A stretch of 64,000 bases of DNA from an uncultured Verrucomicrobiae bacterium. GTDB lineage: Bacteria; Verrucomicrobiota; Verrucomicrobiia; Chthoniobacterales; UBA10450. Made by a program: the position numbers and the translations under genes. Positions 47,143 through 57,433 of this stretch are shown here, one piece after another. The stretch covers positions 1 through 64,000 of the forward strand of contig CAVYXA010000005.1 in NCBI GenBank assembly GCA_963772365.1. The letters are read 5' to 3'. Every line of letters begins with the position of its first letter. The first letter of the stretch is position 1. The notes under the pieces were generated by a model that saw nothing but the letters and a program-made list of their open reading frames with translations, was not told the origin of the DNA and ran no database searches.

Positions 47143-48258
47143 ATGATTCCCTTTCTCGATCTTAAGGCTCATCATGCACCACTGCGCGATGAGTTCGATC
47201 GCGCGATTCGCGAAGTGATCGAAAGCGGCGCCTTTGCGGGTGGTCCGTTCGTCGAAAAATTTGAAAACGAATTTGCCGCCTATTGCGGTTGCGACCATGC
47301 GGTTGGCGTCGGCAACGGCACGGACGCTCTCTGGCTCGCGCTGATGGCTTGTGGCATCGGGGCTGGCGACGAAGTCATTACCGTGCCGAATACATTCATG
47401 GCTACGGCAGAAGCCATTACCTATTCAGGAGCCCGGCCGGTCTTTGTCGATGTAAACGAGCAGACGTACACGATGGACCCGGCCGGGCTCGAAGCGGCGT
47501 TCACGTCAAAAACCAGGGCTATTGTTCCTGTTCATCTGTTTGGACAAACGGCCGATATGGACCCGATCCTGGAATTCGCCAAAGCACATAATTTGGTAGT
47601 CATTGAAGATGCTGCGCAAGCCCACGGCGCGAAATACAAAGGACGCACCGCCGGGACGATGGGAGTGGCTGGTAGTTTCAGCTTTTACCCGGGCAAAAAT
47701 CTCGGCGCGTTTGGCGAGGCGGGTACGGTTATTACAAACGATGTGGCGTTACGGGACAAAATCCGCACCCTCCGCGATCACGGGCAGATCCGGAAATATC
47801 ACCATTCTCTGATCGGTTGGAATTGCCGGATGGATGGAATTCAGGCGGCGGTGTTGAGCGTGAAACTGCCACACCTCGACCGAGGGAACACGCTCCGCCG
47901 CCGTCACGCCCAACAATACAATGCCGCATTTTGTGGCATCGATGAGATCACTCCGCCCGTCGAGGAATCATATGCGAAACATGTTTATCACGTTTACGCA
48001 ATTCTCGTTCAGGAGAGAGATGAGATCATGTCGATCCTGAATAAGACCGGCATTCACACTGCGATTCATTATCCGGTTCCAATTCATCTTCAGCCGGCCT
48101 ATGGCCACCTCGGCTACGAGACCGGCGATCTTCCCGTTTCCGAGCGAATTGCTCACGAATTCCTTTCGCTTCCGATGTTTCCGGAATTAAGCGAAGCGCA
48201 GATCGAACAGGTCGCATCGACGGTAAAAGAAGCCGTCGCAACTGAGGCCGTAGCGTGA
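47143..48258 (+). CDS. DegT/DnrJ/EryC1/StrS aminotransferase
   Basis: NGTDAL, EDAAQAHGA, SFYPGKNLGA. Confidence 0.95.
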   Translation: MIPFLDLKAHHAPLRDEFDRAIREVIESGAFAGGPFVEKFENEFAAYCGCDHAVGVGNGTDALWLALMACGIGAGDEVITVPNTFMATAEAITYSGARPVFVDVNEQTYTMDPAGLEAAFTSKTRAIVPVHLFGQTADMDPILEFAKAHNLVVIEDAAQAHGAKYKGRTAGTMGVAGSFSFYPGKNLGAFGEAGTVITNDVALRDKIRTLRDHGQIRKYHHSLIGWNCRMDGIQAAVLSVKLPHLDRGNTLRRRHAQQYNAAFCGIDEITPPVEESYAKHVYHVYAILVQERDEIMSILNKTGIHTAIHYPVPIHLQPAYGHLGYETGDLPVSERIAHEFLSLPMFPELSEAQIEQVASTVKEAVATEAVA

Positions 48259-49382
48259 ACCAGTTGCGCATTTTATCTGTAGGGGAAGCTGACAGCTTCC
48301 CATGTGGCCGGGTTGCAGGGAAGCTGTCAGCTTCCCCTACAGCCTCCGATGTAACGATTGTCGATCCTCTGAGTGGTGATGCATGGGATAATCTCCTGGA
48401 TCATTTTCCGGAGGCGACTGCCTTTCATACGAGTGCTTGGGCCAGAGTGCTGTCCCGAACTTATGGCCATACACCTTTCTATCTTAAATTCACCCGCGCT
48501 GAGAACGTGATGGGAATACTTCCTCTGATGGAGGTTCGAAGCCCGCTTACCGGTTCGAGAGGTGTATCTCTTCCGTTTACTGATTTTTGCGGACCCCTCG
48601 TCGCCGACCACGGCGTTACGAAAATGATTGGCGAAAAGTTGAGTGAATTAGCGGCAGAACGACGCTGGAGATACATCGAGCTGCGAGGAATCGACCCGGC
48701 CATTTTTCCAAACGCGTGTCGAAGCGCAACCTTTCATGCTCACACACTTTCACTCGATCATTCGCCGACTGAATTATGGGACCGACTGGAGAGTTCCGTT
48801 CGGCGCGCTGTGCGAAAGGCCGGGCGGGAAGGCGTGACGGTTGAGTTTGCGTCGAATGGGAGCGGTATCCGCGAGTTCTATCGTTTGCACAGCCAGACTC
48901 GACGGCGTCATGGTCTGCCTCCTCAGCCGATCCGCTTTTTCATGAATATTTACGAGGAGATGATCGAAACGGGACGCGGTTTTCTGGTCCAAGCCAGAGC
49001 GTCTTCCAAAACCATTGCTGCCGCGATTTTCTTTCAATTTCGCGATCACGCGATCTACAAGTTCGGAGCATCGGACGAAACCTCTCAGAGATCTCGCCCT
49101 AACAATCTCGTGATGTGGGAAGCGATCTGTCGTTTAGTCGAACGTGGCTGCCGGACATTACATTTTGGCCGAACAGAAATGGAAAACGAGGGGCTCCGAC
49201 GATTCAAACTCGGCTGGAGAACCAGCGAAAACAAAATACAATATGTTCGTCTCGGAAAAGGCTCACCGGCCAGCACAGAACCGGGGCTTCACACTACCTC
49301 TTTTCACAAGATTTTTTTCCGAATGGTTCCCCTTTCCCTGAACCAGCTCGCCGGAGCCGCGATTTATCCGCATCTCGATTAA
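48255..49382 (+). CDS. GNAT/FemAB-like acyltransferase
   Basis: SLPFTD, RRHGLPPQP, PNNLVMWE, FGRT..GLRRFK..W. Confidence 0.82.
   Translation: MNQLRILSVGEADSFPCGRVAGKLSASPTASDVTIVDPLSGDAWDNLLDHFPEATAFHTSAWARVLSRTYGHTPFYLKFTRAENVMGILPLMEVRSPLTGSRGVSLPFTDFCGPLVADHGVTKMIGEKLSELAAERRWRYIELRGIDPAIFPNACRSATFHAHTLSLDHSPTELWDRLESSVRRAVRKAGREGVTVEFASNGSGIREFYRLHSQTRRRHGLPPQPIRFFMNIYEEMIETGRGFLVQARASSKTIAAAIFFQFRDHAIYKFGASDETSQRSRPNNLVMWEAICRLVERGCRTLHFGRTEMENEGLRRFKLGWRTSENKIQYVRLGKGSPASTEPGLHTTSFHKIFFRMVPLSLNQLAGAAIYPHLD
48279..48340. repeat. GTAG-type REP doublet (REPIN-like)
   Basis: GTAGGGGAAGCTGACAGCTTCCC (48279-48301) and its exact reverse complement (48318-48340). Confidence 0.88.
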
Positions 49383-49406
49383 ACGAGACACACAAGAAAA
49401 CTAGTT

Positions 49407-51743
49407 ATGTCCAAAGAACCCTCAGATCTGCAAATCAGAAAATCGGAACCCGTTCTTGCCCGACCAATCCCGCGCCCGCGCGAAGGCCGTGCTGCCGAGC
49501 ACCATTCGAGCTTGAATCAGGCCGATGTTCTCTATGCCCTGTTCAAACACAAAAAGAAGATCCTTTTCGCGACAATCGCCGGACTGATCGTGGCGGCATT
49601 GGTTTACGTCTTTTATCCTGCCGTCTATGAGTCAGATGCGAAACTACTAGTACGTTATCTCGTCGAGCGGAGCACCGTCGATACCGTTGAAACGGCCAGA
49701 AATCCGGGTGGTTACACCCCGGCAACCGATGCAGTCATCCGTGCTGAATCGGAAATTCTCAGCAGCTGGGATCTGGCGGTACAAACTGCGGAAGCGATCG
49801 GACCTAAGCGATTACTACCCGACTTTAAAGGAACTCCTAGCAAAGAGGACGCTGCTGCAGTGATTGCATCCGGTCTTTCACTTTCAACAACGAAAGGTAG
49901 CAACATCATCTTTGTTGCCTACAAAAATCACAATCCGGAACTGACTACCGTAGTCCTGAACGAGTTGGTTAATCGTTATTTTAACAAACACCTTGAAGTC
50001 CACCGCTCTGCCGGTGCGTTCGATTTTGTGGCTCAGCAAACCGATCAGGTCCGGGCCCGCCTGAATCAAACCGAAGACGCCCTGAAAGATGTAAAACAGA
50101 AGGCGGGAATCCTTTCGTTGCAGGACAGTACGTCGGCTCTTGTTGATGAATCCCAAAAGGTCGAGGATCAGCTACACTCTGCAGAGGCGGACATTGCCGA
50201 ACATCAGGCCCAACTACGCCAGCTTCGAACATCCACTGGAGGTGTCACCGTCATGGCTGGCGAAGAGAATGCTAGTCAGGGTTCCGACTCCTCAGTCTCA
50301 GATCAAGAAAATGGAGAAGAAAAGGCGGCGGGATCCAAGCCGGCAGCTTCGCCCAAGCCCACAGTTCCTCCTGAGCTTGTCCAGAAGTACGAAGGGCTCA
50401 GTGCCGGTCTGGACAAACTGAAGAAAGAGCGGACCGACTTGTTTGCTCACTACACGACTCGAAGCGAACGGGTAAAGGCGAACCAGGCCGGAATTGATCA
50501 GACTGCAAAGCAAATGCGGCAATTGGAGAAGCAATATCCCGACGTTTCCACCAAAGCCGAGACTAGTTCGCGCGGAAGCAGAGAGCTTACTCCCGCGTCC
50601 GAAGCTACGCGGGTCGCTGGCTTGCGAGCGCGCAGAGGCGCATTGGCCGCCAGGCTTGCTGACGTGAAGAAAAGAATTCAGCAGTTAGAGGAGGTCAGCC
50701 CAGAAATTATCGATCTTGAGCGCCAAAAACAACTGCAAGAGACCAACTATAAATATTTCCAGGAGACACTGGAAAAAGCACGCGTAGATGAAGCGCTGGA
50801 TCCATCCAAGATTCCCAACATCAGTGCGGTGCAACGGCCTTCTCCTCCTCGGCTCGACACCGGCAAGCGCAACAAAATTGTGATGGGCCTGGCCGTTTCC
50901 GGTCTTGGTTTGGCGATTGGGCTGGTCTTGCTCAAGGAGTTAATGTTCGACCGCAGCATTCGGCGCCCTTCAGAGATTGAAAAGTTCGTGGGCGCTGGTT
51001 CGCTCATGGCGATTCCTTATCATTACAAATTAAATGGCGCGTCCAAGGTGAAACGAAATGGGAAAGGGATGGCAATAATTCCGGCCGTGGCGTCGCAGAA
51101 AATCGCGCCATGGGATAAGGGGCATTTCATTCGCGCGTATGCCGAAGCGATTCGAGACCGGATCGGCCTCTACTTCGAGCTTCACAATCTGACGCACAAA
51201 CCTAAACTGGTCGGTGTTGCCGCGATCTCCGAAGGGGGCGGAGCTTCAACTCTTGCTACAGGGCTGGCCGCCGCCTTATCTGAAACGGGCGATGGAAAAG
51301 TTCTGCTGGTAGATGTGAACCTAGGTCCGGATCAGGTCCATCCCTTCTTCCGAGGTAAGCCCGCTTACAGTTTGAATACCGCCCTCCAGCCCGATGGCCA
51401 GATTGCCGCCGCGGCGGAAAATCTTTATCTGGCCGTCGTCGGTTCGCCCAATGCTGGTCCGGCCCAACTCGGCTTGAAAAAGTTTTTCGATCTCATGCCA
51501 AACCTCAAAGCCAGCGACTTTGATTACATCATCTTTGACATGCCGCCGCTAGATCAGACTAGCCCAACGTGGGGCATGGCGCCGTTCATGGACAAGATGC
51601 TGCTCATCGTGGAAGCGGAAAAGAACAGCCGCGACACGGTCAAACGCGCTCACCGAAAACTTGTTAGCGACCGGGATAATGTGTCCCTGGTGGTAAACAA
51701 AGTCCATTCCTACGCGCCAAAGCGCCTCGAATTAGAGGCGTAA
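49407..51743 (+). CDS. Wzc/Wzz-like chain-length regulator with degenerate kinase domain
   Basis: Wzz N-terminal TM, coiled coils, second TM, VLLVD, YIIFDMPP; Walker A reads SEGGGAST; no Tyr tail. Confidence 0.85.
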   Translation: MSKEPSDLQIRKSEPVLARPIPRPREGRAAEHHSSLNQADVLYALFKHKKKILFATIAGLIVAALVYVFYPAVYESDAKLLVRYLVERSTVDTVETARNPGGYTPATDAVIRAESEILSSWDLAVQTAEAIGPKRLLPDFKGTPSKEDAAAVIASGLSLSTTKGSNIIFVAYKNHNPELTTVVLNELVNRYFNKHLEVHRSAGAFDFVAQQTDQVRARLNQTEDALKDVKQKAGILSLQDSTSALVDESQKVEDQLHSAEADIAEHQAQLRQLRTSTGGVTVMAGEENASQGSDSSVSDQENGEEKAAGSKPAASPKPTVPPELVQKYEGLSAGLDKLKKERTDLFAHYTTRSERVKANQAGIDQTAKQMRQLEKQYPDVSTKAETSSRGSRELTPASEATRVAGLRARRGALAARLADVKKRIQQLEEVSPEIIDLERQKQLQETNYKYFQETLEKARVDEALDPSKIPNISAVQRPSPPRLDTGKRNKIVMGLAVSGLGLAIGLVLLKELMFDRSIRRPSEIEKFVGAGSLMAIPYHYKLNGASKVKRNGKGMAIIPAVASQKIAPWDKGHFIRAYAEAIRDRIGLYFELHNLTHKPKLVGVAAISEGGGASTLATGLAAALSETGDGKVLLVDVNLGPDQVHPFFRGKPAYSLNTALQPDGQIAAAAENLYLAVVGSPNAGPAQLGLKKFFDLMPNLKASDFDYIIFDMPPLDQTSPTWGMAPFMDKMLLIVEAEKNSRDTVKRAHRKLVSDRDNVSLVVNKVHSYAPKRLELEA

Positions 51744-51794
51744 TCGTCGTCGTTTTCGCTGACTTCTGCCGTCTGATCTCGGACATCTGAAGAG

Positions 51795-54047
51795 ATGCTA
51801 CGCAATAAGATCTATTACCGCGTAAAACCGTTCATACCTCCGGCGGTCCGAACCGCCGTCCGGCGGAAAGTCGTCAGACGACTCCGCAATGGCGTCGGGA
51901 ACATATGGCCCATCATGCCCGGCTCGGAACGGCTGCCGCAAAGCTGGGAGGGTTGGCCGAACGGAAAGAAGTTTGCGCTGGTTCTAACTCACGATGTAGA
52001 AGGTCGCGCCGGGTTAGCTCGGTGCCGTGATCTGATGAAGCTGGAGATGGATCTCGGTTTCCGTTCTTCGTTCAATTTTGTCCCGGAAGGTGAGTACCGC
52101 GTCCCTCGAGAATTAAGAGAAGAGTTAACTCAAAATGGCTTCGAGGTGGGACTCCACGATTTGCGTCATGATGGGCGATTGTTCGAATCGAAGCGGGAAT
52201 TCAGTCGGAATGCGTCGCGAATTAACCATTACGTGGCCGACTGGGGCGCGGCTGGATTCCGCTCCGGGTTCATGCTGCACAAGCTCGAGTGGCTTCATGA
52301 ATTGAAGGTTAAATACGACGCCTCCACTTTCGATACCGATCCATTCGAGCCCCAGCCGGAAGGGCGTCACACGATTTTCCCGTTCTGGGTTCCGGCTCCC
52401 GAAGTCGAAATTAGCCGGGCAATCAAACATCAAACATCAAACATCAAACATTCTGGCGGCGGCTACGTCGAGCTCCCTTACACACTTCCTCAGGATTCCA
52501 CACTCTTCCTATTGTTAGGCGAAACGACGATCGACATCTGGAAACGCAAACTCGATTGGATCGCGGAGAACGGGGGGATGGCCTTGCTGATCACACATCC
52601 CGATTACATGAGCTTCCGTTCGAAGCCAGACAGGACAGACGGGTATTCGGCTGCGCTCTATACTGAATTTCTCCAGTACGCCCAATCCAGATACGGCGGA
52701 CAATATTGGCATCCTCTGCCAAACTCGATTGCCGAGTTTGTCGTTCAACAAAAATGCGAATTGGCGTCCGGAGATAGTGCGGAAGCAAAGCATCCGATTT
52801 CCACTGGAATCAATGGTACCAATGGCAAGCTCCCGCCTGCGTCATTGGATCGACTGCGAGGCAAGCGCGCAGCGGTGCTTCTATTCTCCTATTATCCTGC
52901 TGATCCGCGACCCCGGCGGGCTGCGGAAGCGCTGGCCAGAGAAGGACTGATTGTCGATCTAATTTGTCTTCAACAAAATTGGAGAGAGGCACGAAGAGAA
53001 ATGATCAACGGAGTCAACGTTTTGCGAATTCCGGTAAAGCGCTCCCGCGGCGGTCAGTTGCGATACGTTTTCCAGTACTCCTCTTTTATTTTGCGGTGCT
53101 TTTTTCATCTCACTTTTCGCTCGTTGCTCCGACGGTATCATCTGGTTCACGTCCATAACATGCCGGACGTGCTCGTGTTCAGCGCGCTGGTTCCAAAGAT
53201 GTTAGGCGCGAAGATCGTCCTGGATCTTCACGATCCTATGCCGGAATTGATGCAGTCCATCTTCGGTCTTTCGCAGGAAAGCTGGAGTGTGCGCTTCCTG
53301 AAGCGACTGGAACAATGGAGCATTCAATTTTCCGATGCGGTGATCACCGTCAATGAAGCCTGCCGCAGGATTTACAGCAGTCGCAGTTGTTCCAAGGAAA
53401 AAGTCAGCGTGGTAATGAACGCGCCGAGTGAGGAGTTGTTCCCGCTTTCGCCTCCCGCTTTCAACTCTAATGGTCGCAATGGAGATTCATCGCGGCCATT
53501 TGCCATTTTGTACCATGGTTCCCTCGTGCCGCGAAACGGGTTCGACCTCGCCGTGGAAGCACTTCGCACGGCAACGAAGAGTGTGCCTGCGGCGGAGCTT
53601 TGGGTTTGCGGTGAAAGGACCCCTTTCTTTGACCAGGTCATGGCAAATGCGGAAAAGTCGGGGATCGGCCATGCCGTTCACTACCTGGGGCCGAAAGATC
53701 GACACGAAATTGCCGATGTGATTCGCCGCTGCGATGTGGGCGTGATTCCAAATCAACGAAACATATTTACCGAGATCAACACACCCACTCGAATCTTCGA
53801 GTGTCTCACGCTGGGCCGGCCAGTAATCGCGCCGCGGGCAGCAGGGATTCAGGACTATTTTGGCGATGATGACCTGATCTTTTTTGATTTGGGGGATGCA
53901 AACGACCTGGCGCGCAAGATCGAGTTTACTTTTTCACAGCCGGAATCTGTGGCGCGCATCGTCGAGCGAGGGCAGCAGGTCTACCGCGCTCACAGTTGGA
54001 CTCAGGAGAAATCAGTACTTCTGCAGACTCTCAGTAATTTGTTCTAG
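51795..54047 (+). CDS. Polysaccharide deacetylase-like domain fused to a GT4 glycosyltransferase
   Basis: LTHDVE, EVGLHD, GFRS, THPDY; then DPRPRR, HVHNMPD, DLHD, PTRIFE; ATCAAAC x4 insert at 52422-52449. Confidence 0.88.
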   Translation: MLRNKIYYRVKPFIPPAVRTAVRRKVVRRLRNGVGNIWPIMPGSERLPQSWEGWPNGKKFALVLTHDVEGRAGLARCRDLMKLEMDLGFRSSFNFVPEGEYRVPRELREELTQNGFEVGLHDLRHDGRLFESKREFSRNASRINHYVADWGAAGFRSGFMLHKLEWLHELKVKYDASTFDTDPFEPQPEGRHTIFPFWVPAPEVEISRAIKHQTSNIKHSGGGYVELPYTLPQDSTLFLLLGETTIDIWKRKLDWIAENGGMALLITHPDYMSFRSKPDRTDGYSAALYTEFLQYAQSRYGGQYWHPLPNSIAEFVVQQKCELASGDSAEAKHPISTGINGTNGKLPPASLDRLRGKRAAVLLFSYYPADPRPRRAAEALAREGLIVDLICLQQNWREARREMINGVNVLRIPVKRSRGGQLRYVFQYSSFILRCFFHLTFRSLLRRYHLVHVHNMPDVLVFSALVPKMLGAKIVLDLHDPMPELMQSIFGLSQESWSVRFLKRLEQWSIQFSDAVITVNEACRRIYSSRSCSKEKVSVVMNAPSEELFPLSPPAFNSNGRNGDSSRPFAILYHGSLVPRNGFDLAVEALRTATKSVPAAELWVCGERTPFFDQVMANAEKSGIGHAVHYLGPKDRHEIADVIRRCDVGVIPNQRNIFTEINTPTRIFECLTLGRPVIAPRAAGIQDYFGDDDLIFFDLGDANDLARKIEFTFSQPESVARIVERGQQVYRAHSWTQEKSVLLQTLSNLF

Positions 54048-54094
54048 CGTCCGGCGATGGTTTGGTCGATCACGAGTCTGATTGATTTTCTCGA

Positions 54095-55732
54095 ATGATC
54101 GCCGTTAGGGCGAGTGAAGACGAAAAAGATGTCGTCCGGGAATTTTTCGAGCTGTTCAAGACGCCGTGGCAGTTTTACGGGGATGGCTCGAATTATGACG
54201 TTCTGATCTGCTCGGGCGACCAGTTGCCGGAGAATGACGCGAGGCTGGTCTTGATTTATGGAAACGAACGAAACGATTTTGATCGACAAAACCGGCTCGA
54301 GTTTCTTTCTCAGCGCCCAAACGCGATTCTTTCCTTTCAGCACGATCGAATCCCAATTTATGGGAAGTGTATCGCATTTGCCGGGCAGGCCACGGAACAG
54401 CTTGTCGATGCTTCCACGCGCGAGTCGATCGCAACGGAAATCGCAACGCCGCGCCAAACCATTATCCGCATTGGTTTCAACCTGTTTGGCGAAATTCGGT
54501 CCTTACTAACCCATGGCCAACCGATTGAGCATGCTGCGGTCCCAACGCTCGATCTGCACATTGCGCTTCTTCGCCGTTTGATTCTCAGCCACTCGATAAC
54601 TCTTCTTGAAATTCCTCCTCTTCCCAGCGGTTACCGTTTTGCAGCATGTCTCACTCATGATATCGATCATGCCGGAATCCGACACCACCGGTTCGATCAT
54701 ACCATTTTCGGATTTCTTTACCGGGCGACCATTGGATCATTAGTCGATTTTCTTAGGGGCCGAAGATCGGCGGGGCAATTAGCTGCCAATTGGAGGGCAG
54801 CTTTTTCTTTACCTTTTGTTTACCTCGGATTGCTCCGGGATTTTTGGAAACGATTCGATCGCTACACCGATCTAGAACAGCGTCTCCCTTCAACTTTTTT
54901 CGTTGTACCCGATAAGAACCGCCCGGGAAGGAATGGAACGGCATCCGCCCCGCAAAAGCGCGCTACGCGTTACGATGTCTCCGATGTCGCGGAACAGATT
55001 CAGTGCCTTGCTGCCGCAAACTGCGAAATCGGTTGCCATGGCATTGATAGTTGGTCCGATACCAGTGAGGGCGCTCAAGAATTAAAGCGGATTCAGGGCG
55101 CAACGAACAGAGCAACAATTGGTCACCGGAGCCATTGGCTTTATCAAGATAAAGATTCGCCGCGATATCTGGAAGAAGCGGGCTTCGCTTATGATTCCAG
55201 CGTCGGCTACAACGAAACGATCGGTTATCGAGCGGGCACCACTCAGGTCTTCAAGCCTCTAGCGGCAACGCGGATACTCGAACTACCCCTGCACATCATG
55301 GATACGGCGCTATTCTTTCCTGATTACATGAACCTTTCAGAAGAACAAGCCAGGCGCCGACTGCGACCAATACTGGAGAACGCCGATCGCTTCGGCGGCG
55401 TGTTAACCGTGAACTGGCATGGTCGAAGTATCGCTCCGGAAAGACTCTGGGTGGATCCCTATCTGTCTCTGTTAGGCGCGTTGAAGAGTAAAGGAGCTTG
55501 GTTCGCTACTGCCGGTGATGCGGTCTCATGGTTCCAAAAGCGTCGCTCGGCCAGGATCGACAATATTACCAGCGAAGGCGATTCCATCCGCGCGCATGTT
55601 TCCGTCGCGGAGTCGGACAGCAAACTTCCGGGATTACTGGTCAGATTGCACAAGTCACCGTCCGAACATGTCGATCAGCCACTCAATGAATCCGGAGAAG
55701 TTGTGTTCGCCGACCTCCTTGGCACGCCGTAA
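54095..55732 (+). CDS. Polysaccharide deacetylase family protein
   Basis: LTHDID, EIGCHG, RSHWL, YDSSVGY, GYRAGT, IMD, NWH. Confidence 0.85.
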   Translation: MIAVRASEDEKDVVREFFELFKTPWQFYGDGSNYDVLICSGDQLPENDARLVLIYGNERNDFDRQNRLEFLSQRPNAILSFQHDRIPIYGKCIAFAGQATEQLVDASTRESIATEIATPRQTIIRIGFNLFGEIRSLLTHGQPIEHAAVPTLDLHIALLRRLILSHSITLLEIPPLPSGYRFAACLTHDIDHAGIRHHRFDHTIFGFLYRATIGSLVDFLRGRRSAGQLAANWRAAFSLPFVYLGLLRDFWKRFDRYTDLEQRLPSTFFVVPDKNRPGRNGTASAPQKRATRYDVSDVAEQIQCLAAANCEIGCHGIDSWSDTSEGAQELKRIQGATNRATIGHRSHWLYQDKDSPRYLEEAGFAYDSSVGYNETIGYRAGTTQVFKPLAATRILELPLHIMDTALFFPDYMNLSEEQARRRLRPILENADRFGGVLTVNWHGRSIAPERLWVDPYLSLLGALKSKGAWFATAGDAVSWFQKRRSARIDNITSEGDSIRAHVSVAESDSKLPGLLVRLHKSPSEHVDQPLNESGEVVFADLLGTP

Positions 55733-55759
55733 CTTCAGCATAGGCGGCTGATTTCTGAA

Positions 55760-56770
55760 ATGCTTACGCTTGCTCAATTTGGTTGTGGTTACTGGGGGCC
55801 GAACCTGCTACGGAATTTTTCTGCGCTGCCCGACTGCAGTGTGAAATATGTGGTCGATCAGAGTCCGGACCGCCGGCTGTTCGTGGAACGGAACTTCCCC
55901 AAGACCGTCGCAATCGAGTCGTGCGACCGCGTCTTAAAGGACTCCGATGTAGACGCCGTAGTCATCGCTACTCCGGCGGCGAGCCATTTCGTTTTGGCAA
56001 AGCAGGTGTTGGATGCCGGCAAGCATGTCTTTGTTGAAAAACCGTTAGCGACTAAGGCGAGCGAAGTGGATGAGCTCAGCCGGTACGCCGCCGATCGAAA
56101 CCTCGTAGTAATGGTGGGTCACACCTTCATTTACAATTCTGCCGTCCGTTACGTGAAGCAGCTGATCGACGCAGGCGAACTGGGGGAAATCCGCTACATC
56201 TACAGCCAGCGTTTGAATCTTGGCCGGATCCGGGCGGACATTGATGCTCTTTGGAATTTTGCGCCTCACGACATCAGCATCATCCAATACTGGCTGGGAA
56301 ATCCGGAGCCGCTCTCCGTTTCACGCCAGGGGATGGCTTACATGCAGGACGGAATCGACGATGTTGTTTTCCTTAATCTCGAGTATCCCGGGAAGATCAT
56401 CGCTAACATTCACGTGAGTTGGCTCGATCCGCAGAAAGTCCGCAAGATGATCGTAGTCGGCTCGCGCAAAATGGTTGTTTACGACGACGTCGCTGAAAAC
56501 AAGATCGCCATTTACGACAAGGGAATCGATAAAAAAGCGATCCTTGGACAAAATATGGACTTCGATCATCCGCAGCCGCTGCAATTCAACTATCGAAGTG
56601 GCGATGTGCTTTTGCCTCAGGTGGAGTTTACCGAGCCGCTCCGCGTCGAAGCCGAGCATTTTGTCGATTGCATTCTGAACAGTCGCACTCCTCTAACCGG
56701 GGCCGATCACGCCCGCACTGTCGTCTCGATCCTCGAGCGCGCCCGGCCGTTCAATCATAATGGGCAATAG
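55760..56770 (+). CDS. Gfo/Idh/MocA oxidoreductase
   Basis: GCGYWGPNL, HVFVEKP, FAPHD. Confidence 0.93.
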   Translation: MLTLAQFGCGYWGPNLLRNFSALPDCSVKYVVDQSPDRRLFVERNFPKTVAIESCDRVLKDSDVDAVVIATPAASHFVLAKQVLDAGKHVFVEKPLATKASEVDELSRYAADRNLVVMVGHTFIYNSAVRYVKQLIDAGELGEIRYIYSQRLNLGRIRADIDALWNFAPHDISIIQYWLGNPEPLSVSRQGMAYMQDGIDDVVFLNLEYPGKIIANIHVSWLDPQKVRKMIVVGSRKMVVYDDVAENKIAIYDKGIDKKAILGQNMDFDHPQPLQFNYRSGDVLLPQVEFTEPLRVEAEHFVDCILNSRTPLTGADHARTVVSILERARPFNHNGQ

Positions 56771-56801
56771 GTCGGCACAACAAATCGCGAAGCGTTAAAT
56801 A

Positions 56802-57332
56802 ATGGCCCGAGAACGCAGTGTCGCTGTAGGGGAAGCTGACAGCTTCCCGCTGGGAGAGGATCTGCGGGCCGCGAACGTTCCCAAACTCCGTCATGTCGGC
56901 ATTGTCGATGTTAATTTCGGAAAAAACGTCACAGTCGTACAGCCGGTGAATCTCTACGGCTGCGAAATTGGTGATGAAACGTTCATCGGACCATTTGTCG
57001 AGATTCAAAAGGGCGCCACGATCGGCAAACGCTGCCGAATCCAATCACACGCTTTCATCTGTGACATGGTGAAGGTTGGCGACGACTGCTTCATCTCCCA
57101 TGGCGCGATGTTCATTAACGACCTGTTTACTACCGGCGGACCAGCCGGAAAACCCGAGCTCTGGCGCTCAACCAAAATCGGCAAACACGTCAGCATTGGA
57201 ACGAACGCGACGATTCTTCCGGTGACAATCTGTGATCACGCGGTGATCGGCGCTGGCGCCGTAGTGACCAAGGACATCACCGAACCCGGCTTTTACGTTG
57301 GTAACCCTGCGCGTTTGCTGCGGCCGATTTAA
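56802..57332 (+). CDS. Hexapeptide-repeat N-acetyltransferase (WbpD-like)
   Basis: NLYGCEIG, GPFVEIQ, IQSHAFIC, MFIND, VGNPA. Confidence 0.88.
   Translation: MARERSVAVGEADSFPLGEDLRAANVPKLRHVGIVDVNFGKNVTVVQPVNLYGCEIGDETFIGPFVEIQKGATIGKRCRIQSHAFICDMVKVGDDCFISHGAMFINDLFTTGGPAGKPELWRSTKIGKHVSIGTNATILPVTICDHAVIGAGAVVTKDITEPGFYVGNPARLLRPI
56826..56848 (+). repeat. Single GTAG-type REP identical to 48279-48301
   Basis: GTAGGGGAAGCTGACAGCTTCCC. Confidence 0.9.
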
Positions 57333-57433
57333 CGGTTCAACGATTTAACTATTTAACGATTGCTCGTTGTAGCGTGCGCTGTCTCAGCGCAAAATATCGT
57401 TTACGCGTTGCGCAACGTGTTTAACTTTACGAC

